In this document: positions 57,078 through 64,000 of the stretch, one piece after another | Layout of the letters: each line of letters starts with the position of its first letter | Numbering within the stretch: the first letter of the stretch is position 1 | NCBI RefSeq assembly: GCF_009914755.1 | Contig: NC_060933.1 | Source of the DNA: the human T2T-CHM13v2.0 reference genome, Homo sapiens | Length of the DNA stretch: 64,000 bases | Direction: 5' to 3' (one strand) | Made by a program: the position numbers and the translations under genes | Notes under the pieces: generated by a model | The model's database searches: none | Told to the model about the DNA's origin: nothing | The model's input: the letters and a program-made list of their open reading frames with translations, nothing else

Positions 57078-57879
57078 AAAAAGATATTGTCTAAAGAAAT
57101 GTAGACAAGCATGACATTTGTCACTACAATGCTTATTCTTCACAATTTAGACATTGATTAGGTAAGGGTTATGAGAGCAGGAATGAAATAGAGACAAATT
57201 AAAATAATATGAATGTAAACTTAAGGTTGACTGTAGATTTCCAAACCAAAGAAACTGTTATTTATTATAATGAAAAATGAAGAAAAGGTGCAAATTGTGA
57301 GTGAAGTGAATTTACAATAGACGAAAACACTGAGCCAAGGGAATGTCTCCCAGACTCAAAATCATGAAATAAAATGAGCCAGTGAATGTAACAGTGAAAA
57401 CTTCAAAAATTTGAAGCAGAACTGTAAACCTGCTATGTCACAGAAGACAAAGGCTTCCATGAGTATTGGCTATAGCAAATAAGCAATTACTTATGAACAT
57501 AAAGAATAACTGACTTGGGAAAGTAATGACTATTATTTCCTAGTTCCTGAATATTTCTGACAAGAAAAGCAATAATTTGGATCAACCGTTATATTTTGAT
57601 AAATACTTTACTTTCTAATTCTACATATTTCTGCATTTCAATTTAGGTGGGATGGCTATAGTAATTTTTAAATTACCTATTATTTCCTTTCTATCTAGTT
57701 GAATTGTTTTTGAAGTCAAAGTCAAACCTCTTTTGACTTTATGTATGCCATCTAGTTCTTACTGAGGAGCATCAGCATGCTGCTGAAACCTCTATTTAAA
57801 TTACCTATTTTTAAAGTTTTTCTAAAATCCTTTCATGAATATTATTTCTTTTACTAGAAGTAAAAGAAATATGTAGAAG

Positions 57880-57932
57880 TGTAGAAGTGTTACTACATCA
57901 CACTTATGTAGAAGTGTTACTACATCACACTT
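57880..57932. repeat. 27-bp period tandem duplication
   Basis: TGTAGAAGTGTTACTACATCACACTT at 57880-57905 and 57907-57932. Confidence 0.95.
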
Positions 57933-58393
57933 CTCAAAAAATTATATACCAAGAAATACAGCTGGGCACATGCACAAAGCAATGCAGTAGTATCAAGGAA
58001 GGAAATTGAGGAAGAAATACATATATCTAAAACAATCCTTCATTAAACCAAGATAATTAAAAGATAGACTAAATTTAATGAAATTTTAAAATCACATATT
58101 ACTAGATGATGACTGGAAAAGAAAACCTTTTGAAAAATAAAGACTCATAATTTTGAACTACTTTATATTGAATTAGAAGTTCGGTTAACAATAACCAACC
58201 AAGTAAATTTTAGTAATTGAAATGAAGTACCAGAAGGAATAAGTCAAGAAGGAAAGCAGAGAAAATTTAGGATAATTAAAGAAAATTATGATTCAAAGTT
58301 AAATAAAATTTAGGCATTGAGTCTATGTAAATGGAATAGAATTAAATAGTAAAGAGAACAGAATGTAAGCAATAACAGGTAAAACAGGCACAA

Positions 58394-58688
58394 GGCCGGT
58401 CGCGATGGCTCACGCCTGTAATCCCAGCACTTTGGGAGGCCAAGGCGGGCATATCACGAGGTTGGGAGTTCGAGACCAGCCTGGCCAACATGGTGAAACC
58501 CCATCCCAACTCAAAATACAAAAATTAGTCGGGCACGGTGGCACGAGCCTGTAATCCCCACTACTGTGGAGGCTGAAGCAGGAGAATCACTTGAACTAGG
58601 GAGTGGAGTCTGAGGTTGCAGTGAGCCGAGATTGTGCCACTGCACCCCAGCCTGGATACAGAGTGAGATTTCATCTAAAAAAAAAAAA
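58394..58688 (+). mobile_element. AluS (Sg-like)
   Basis: ATCACGAGGTTGGGAGTTCGAGACCAGCCTGGCCAACATGG; A tail. Confidence 0.93.
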
Positions 58689-59564
58689 GTAGCTTAATGT
58701 TATATTTTAATATCAAATGGAAGATACAGAAAAGAAGGATTTTTTTAAAGAAAAAATAATTTTATGAGACCTCTTTATAGCCCACTTACAGAGTAAATAT
58801 GTCAAAGAAATGTTTGCCATTTGGTTGTTTTTATGTTTTGGTCCCATTGTTCAACACGAAAAAGGAAAATAACATTTGCACAAAACAATTGTACAAGTCA
58901 TTTTACATGAAAATTCAAATTATAGTTACCAATTGGCTTTTGCTTACAGAAAAAGAAGTTTAGAGTAGTATAAAGTTTTGATAATATGGGAATATAACTG
59001 TAAGTAAATGTGTTGGTTAAGCTCTATAGAAGTGGTTCATCCTTTGAGAATGTCAATAAATGCTCCAGGAAGAACTTTTTTATTTAGGAAGATAAAATAT
59101 AAATAAACTAAAACACTAAAATATGAACTAAAAACAAAAGTGTGAAACAACTGAAAAGTTGAAAGGAGTATATTAGTAAGTGGAGAGGGAGGCAATTTGA
59201 TGGGGATATTTGAAAAAGTTGGAGGATACATGGATTGAGAGAAAGAAAATCCAGGATGGAGGAAAACTTTAAAAACACTTGAAAACCACATAGAAAACAC
59301 GCAAGAAAAATACGAAAGAAAATATAAAACCACAACTGAGAACTATAACTGAAATTATAATCATTTTTCACAATATAATAATATATGTTTTTACCAACCC
59401 TTGGAATAAAGTTTAAAATTTGAATTTATTTATATAGAGAATAATACACAACCTTACAACAAAATATATAATTTAAAAATCCTACCTATTTGATTTGAAA
59501 GACTTGTAGAAATTAACAAAATTATTACATAGGTTTGATTTCTCATATTTTTTACTTAACATTA

Positions 59565-59925
59565 AACTCAATTATTTTCTAACAGTTTTGTACATCAAAA
59601 GTCCAGGCAGACTCCACCAGTTTTTTTACTTAGGAACTCACAGGGTGATACTGAAGATATGGCTAACTTTAAGTTTTTATCTGGAAACTAGGGGGAAAGT
59701 CACCTCTAAGCTCATTCAGGTTGTTGGAAGAATTCAGTTTCTTGTGATTGTAGCACTGAGGCTCACATTTCCTCTGGATGTCCACTTGGGATTGCACAAG
59801 CTGCTAGAAGACACCCTTTGGTTCTTGCATGTGGCCCCTTTCTGTCTTCAAAGGCAGCAACAATACACTGAACCCTTCTTGTGATTCAAATCACTTTGAC
59901 TTCTCGGGCTGCAAGCCAGGTAAGA
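59565..59925 (-). mobile_element. MLT1-type MaLR LTR fragment
   Basis: AAGCTCATTCAGGTTGTTGGAAGAATTCAGTTTCTTGTGATTGTAG is typical MLT1 text. Confidence 0.75.
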
Positions 59926-59929
59926 CTCC

Positions 59930-62900
59930 TTTTTTCCTTCTTTTAACTTTTATTTCAGGTTCAGTGGTACATGTGCAGATTTGTTATATAGGTAAACTCG
60001 TGTCACGAGGCTGTGGTATATAGAACATTTCATCATCCAGGTACTAAGCATAGTACCCAGTATGTATTCTTTCTAAATCCTCTCTCTCCTTCTGCCTTCC
60101 ACCTTCTAGTAGGCCCCATTGTTGGTTGTTTCTGTCCACGTGTTCTCCTTATTTAGCTCCCACTTATAAGTGAGAACATGCAGTCTTTGGTTTTCTGTTC
60201 CCGCATTAGTTTGCTAAGAATAATGGTCTCCAGTTCCATCCATCTTGCTGCAAAGGACATGATTCCATTCTTTTTATGGCTGCATATATTCCGTGGTGTA
60301 TATGTACCACATTTTCCTTATCCAATATACTGTTGATGGGCCTTTAGGTTGATCCATGTATTTGTTATTTTGAATAGTGCTGCAATGGACATATGTGTGC
60401 ATGTATCTTTATGGTAGAACAATTTGTTTTCTTTTGAATATATATCCAGTAATGGTGTTGGGTCAAATGGTAATTGTGTTTTTAGTTCTCTGAGGAATCA
60501 CTACACTGCGTTCCACAATAGCTGAACTAATTTACACACCCACCAGCAGTGTGTAAGTGTTCCCTTTTCTCCACCACATTGCCAAAATCTGTTGCTTTCT
60601 GATTTTTTAATAATAGCCATTCTGACTGGTGTGAAATGGTATCTTGCTGTGGTTTTGATTTGCATTTATCTAATGAGTGGATGTTAAGGTTTTTACATAT
60701 GCTCGTTGGCAGCATGTATGTCTTCTTTTGAAAAGTGTCTGTGCATGTCCTTTATCCACTTTTTAATTAGGTTGTTTTTATTTTTATTTTTTGGCTTGTT
60801 AATTGGTTTAAGTTCCTTATAGATTCTAGATACTAGACTTTTTTCAGAAGGCTACTTCGCAAAAATTTTCCCCCATTCTTTAGGTTGTCTGTTTACTCTG
60901 CTGACAATTTCTTTTGCAGTGCAGAAACTCTTTAGTTTCATTAGATCCCATTTGTCAGTTTTTGCTTTTGTTGCGATTGCTTTTAGCACGTTCATCATGG
61001 AATCTTTGCCAGTTCCTATATCCAGAATGGCATTTCCTAGGATATCTTCCAGAGTTTTTATAGTTTTGGGTTTCACATTTAAGTATTTAATTCATGATGA
61101 GTTGATTTTTATATATGGTATAAAGAAGGAGTCCAGTTTCAATCTTCTTGCATATGACTAATCAGATAGCCCATCACCACTTATTGAATGGGAACTTCTT
61201 TCTTTATTGCTTGTTTTTGTTGGTTTTGTTGAAAATTAGATGGCTGTAGATGTGTGGCATTATTTCTGGGCTCTCTATTCTGTTCCATTGTTCTATGTGT
61301 CTGTTTTTGTACTAGTGTTATGCTACTTGGGTTACTGTGGCCCTGTAGAAGAGTTTGAAGTCATATAATGTGATGGCTTCAGTTTTGTTCTTTTTGCTTA
61401 AGATTCCCTTGGCTATCCAGGGTCTTTTTTGAGGGCTAGGTGAATTTTAAAAATAGTTTTTTTCTAGTTCTGTGAAGAATGTTGTTGGTAGTTCTATAGC
61501 AATAGCATTGAATCTGTAAATTGCTTTGGGCAGTGTGGTCATTTGAATGCCTAAATTTATTGAAGGTTATTTAACATGTAGCAGTGTTGAATGCATCTAT
61601 TGTGATAATCATGTGGTTTTTGCTTTTTATGCATCTATTGAGATAATCATGTGGTTTTTGTCTTTAGTTTACATGATTAATCACATTTATTGATTTGCAT
61701 ATATTGAACCAACCTTTCGTCTTTGGGATAAGGTCTACTTGATCATGATGAATTAGCTTTTTGATGTCCTGCTGCATTCTGTTCGCTAGTATTTTGTTGA
61801 GGATTGTTGCATCTATGTTCATCAAGGATATTGGTCTGAAGTTTTTTTTTATTTTTTTATTTTATTTTTTATTTTGCTGTTTCTCTGCCAGGTTTTCGTA
61901 TGAAGATGATGCTGGTCTCATAGAGGATGATGCTAGTCTCATAGAATGAGATTGAGAGGAGTCCCTCTTCTTCAATTTTTTAGAATAGTTTCGGTAGGAT
62001 TTGTACCGGATATTCTTTGAATATCTACTAGAATTCAGCTGTGAATCCATCTAGTCCTTGGCATTTTTTTTTGGTAGGCTATTTATTACTGATTCAGTTT
62101 TGAAGCTCATTATTGGTCTGTTCAAGGATCAATTTCTTCCTGCTTCCATCTTGGGTGGATGTATGTGTCCAGGAATTTATCAATTTTTCCTACATTTTCT
62201 AGTTTGTGTACATAGAGGTGTTTAAAGTAGTTTACGGTGGTTATTTTTTTTTTCTGTGGGATCAGTGGTAACATCTTCTTTGTCATTTCTGATAGTATTT
62301 ATTTGGAGCTTCTCCTTTTCTTAAAAGTCTAGGTATCCATATATCTATTTATTGATTTTTTCAATGATCCAACTCTTGGATTTGTTCATCTTTTTATTTT
62401 TTTTTTTATGTCTCGAACGCCTTCATATCAGCTCTGATTTTTGTTATTTCTTTTCTTCTGCTAGTTTTGAGGTTTGTTTGCTTTTGCTCCTCTGGTACTT
62501 CTAGTTGTAATGCTGGGTTTTTAGTTTGATATCTATCATTTTGATGTGAGCATTTAGGACTACAAATATCCCTCTGAATACCACTTTAGCTGTGTCCCAG
62601 AGATTCTTGCTTGTTTTATCTTTTTGTTATTTTCAAAGAATGTCTTGATTTCTTCCTTAATTTTATTGTTCACCCAAAAGTCACTTAGGAGCAGGTTGTT
62701 TAATTTCCATGTAATTGTATGGTTTTGAGTGATTTTCTTTGTACTGAATTCTGTTTTTATTGCACTGGTTTTTTTTTTTGTTTTTTTATTATTATTATTA
62801 TACTTTAAGTTTTAGGGTACATGTGCACAATGTGCAGGTTAGTTACATATGTATACATGTGCCATGCTGGTGTGCTGCACCCATTAACTCGTCATTTAGC

Positions 62901-64000
62901 ATTAGGTATATCTCCTAATGCTATCCCTGCCCCCTCCCCCTGCCCCACAACAGGCCCCAGTGCGTGATGTTCCCCTTCCTGTGTCCATGAGTTCTCATTG
63001 TTCAATTCCCATCTATGAGTGAGAACATGCGGTGTTTGGGTTTTTGTCCTTGCAATAGTTTACTGAGAATGACGATTTCCAATTTCATCCATGTCCCTAT
63101 AAAGGACATGACCTCATTATTTTTTATGGCTGCATAGTATTCCATGGTGTATATGTGCCACATTTTTTATTGCACTGTTGTCTGAGAGTGTCGTTTGTAT
63201 GATTTCAGTGTTTTTTTTTTTAAATTTGCTGAAGATTGGTTTATGTCTGATTGTGTGTTCCATTTTACAGTATGTGTCATGTGGTAATGAGAAGAAAGTA
63301 TATTTTGTCATTTTTGGATAGAGCGTTCTGTAGAAGTCTATTAGGTCCATTTGATCAAGTATTGAGTTCAAGTTCTGAATATCTTCATTAATTTTCTTCC
63401 TTAATGATCTGTCTAATACTGTTAGTAGGGTGTTGAAGTCTTCCACTATTATTTTGTAGAAATCTAAGTCTCTTTGTAGGTCTCTAAGAACTTGTTTTAC
63501 AAATCTATGTGCTCCTGTGTTGGGTGCATGTATATTTAGGATAATTAGGTCTTTTTGTTTAATTCAACCTTTTACCATTATGTAATGACCTTCCTTGTGT
63601 TTGTTGAGTTTTGTTGGTTCAAAGTGTGTTTTGTCTGAAATTAGGATTGCCACCTCTGCTTTTTTATGTTCTCCTTTCGCATGGTAGATTTTTTTTCCAT
63701 CCATTCATTTTGAGCCTATGGGTGTCATTGCATGTAGGATGGGGCTCTTAAATTCAGTATACCATTGGGTCTTTTTCTTTATCCAGCTTGCCACTCTGCC
63801 TTTTCTTTGAGGCATTTAGGCCATTTACATTCAAAGTTATTATTGATATATGTGGATTTGATCCTCTCATCCTGTTCTTAGCTGATTATTATGCAGACTG
63901 GTTTGTGTGGTTGCTTTATAGTGTCACTGGTCTGTGTACTTAAAGGTGTTTTTGTAGTGGCTGATAACAGTCTTTCCTTTCCATATTTACTACTCCTTTC
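59930..64000 (-). mobile_element. L1PA15/16-like element, 3' UTR through ORF2 start, runs off the window
   Basis: TTTTATTTCAGGTTCAGTGGTACATGTGCAGATTTGTTATATAGGTAAACTCGTGTCAC; ORF 63117-63446 shows EN motifs (DFNT, SDNSAIK). Confidence 0.92.
62768..63163 (-). mobile_element. Nested young L1PA3-like 3' end
   Basis: ATTATACTTTAAGTTTTAGGGTACATGTGCACAATGTGCAGGTTAGTTAC; TSD TTTTTATTGCACTG at 62754-62767 and 63164-63177. Confidence 0.93.

Overview
AT-rich primate (human-like) non-coding DNA, either intronic or intergenic, dominated by interspersed repeats. It holds about 17 Alu elements (J, S and Y classes), several primate L1PA/L1PB 3' ends (two nested in older L1s, one with an inverted ORF2 segment), old L1M, L2 and MIR remnants, a two-LTR THE1A MaLR provirus, MLT1 and hAT/Tigger MITEs (MER5, MER2, MER30, MER20). 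I recognise no intact protein-coding gene, tRNA, rRNA or CRISPR array, and almost all listed ORFs are repeat-derived or chance frames. I cannot name the locus and see no convincing new biological system. The most unusual objects are retrotransposition scars: an AluY with a 5' inversion inside one TSD (56.8-57.1 kb), a short SVA2-like element (31.9 kb), a tailless U2 snRNA retrocopy with a 14-bp TSD (18.3 kb) and a near-perfect 84-bp tandem duplication (33.5 kb). A repeat-free, CpG-retaining block at 11.6-12.7 kb is the best candidate for function (enhancer and/or small exon). Subfamily names come from recalled consensus sequences, not a search, and boundaries of old repeats are approximate.
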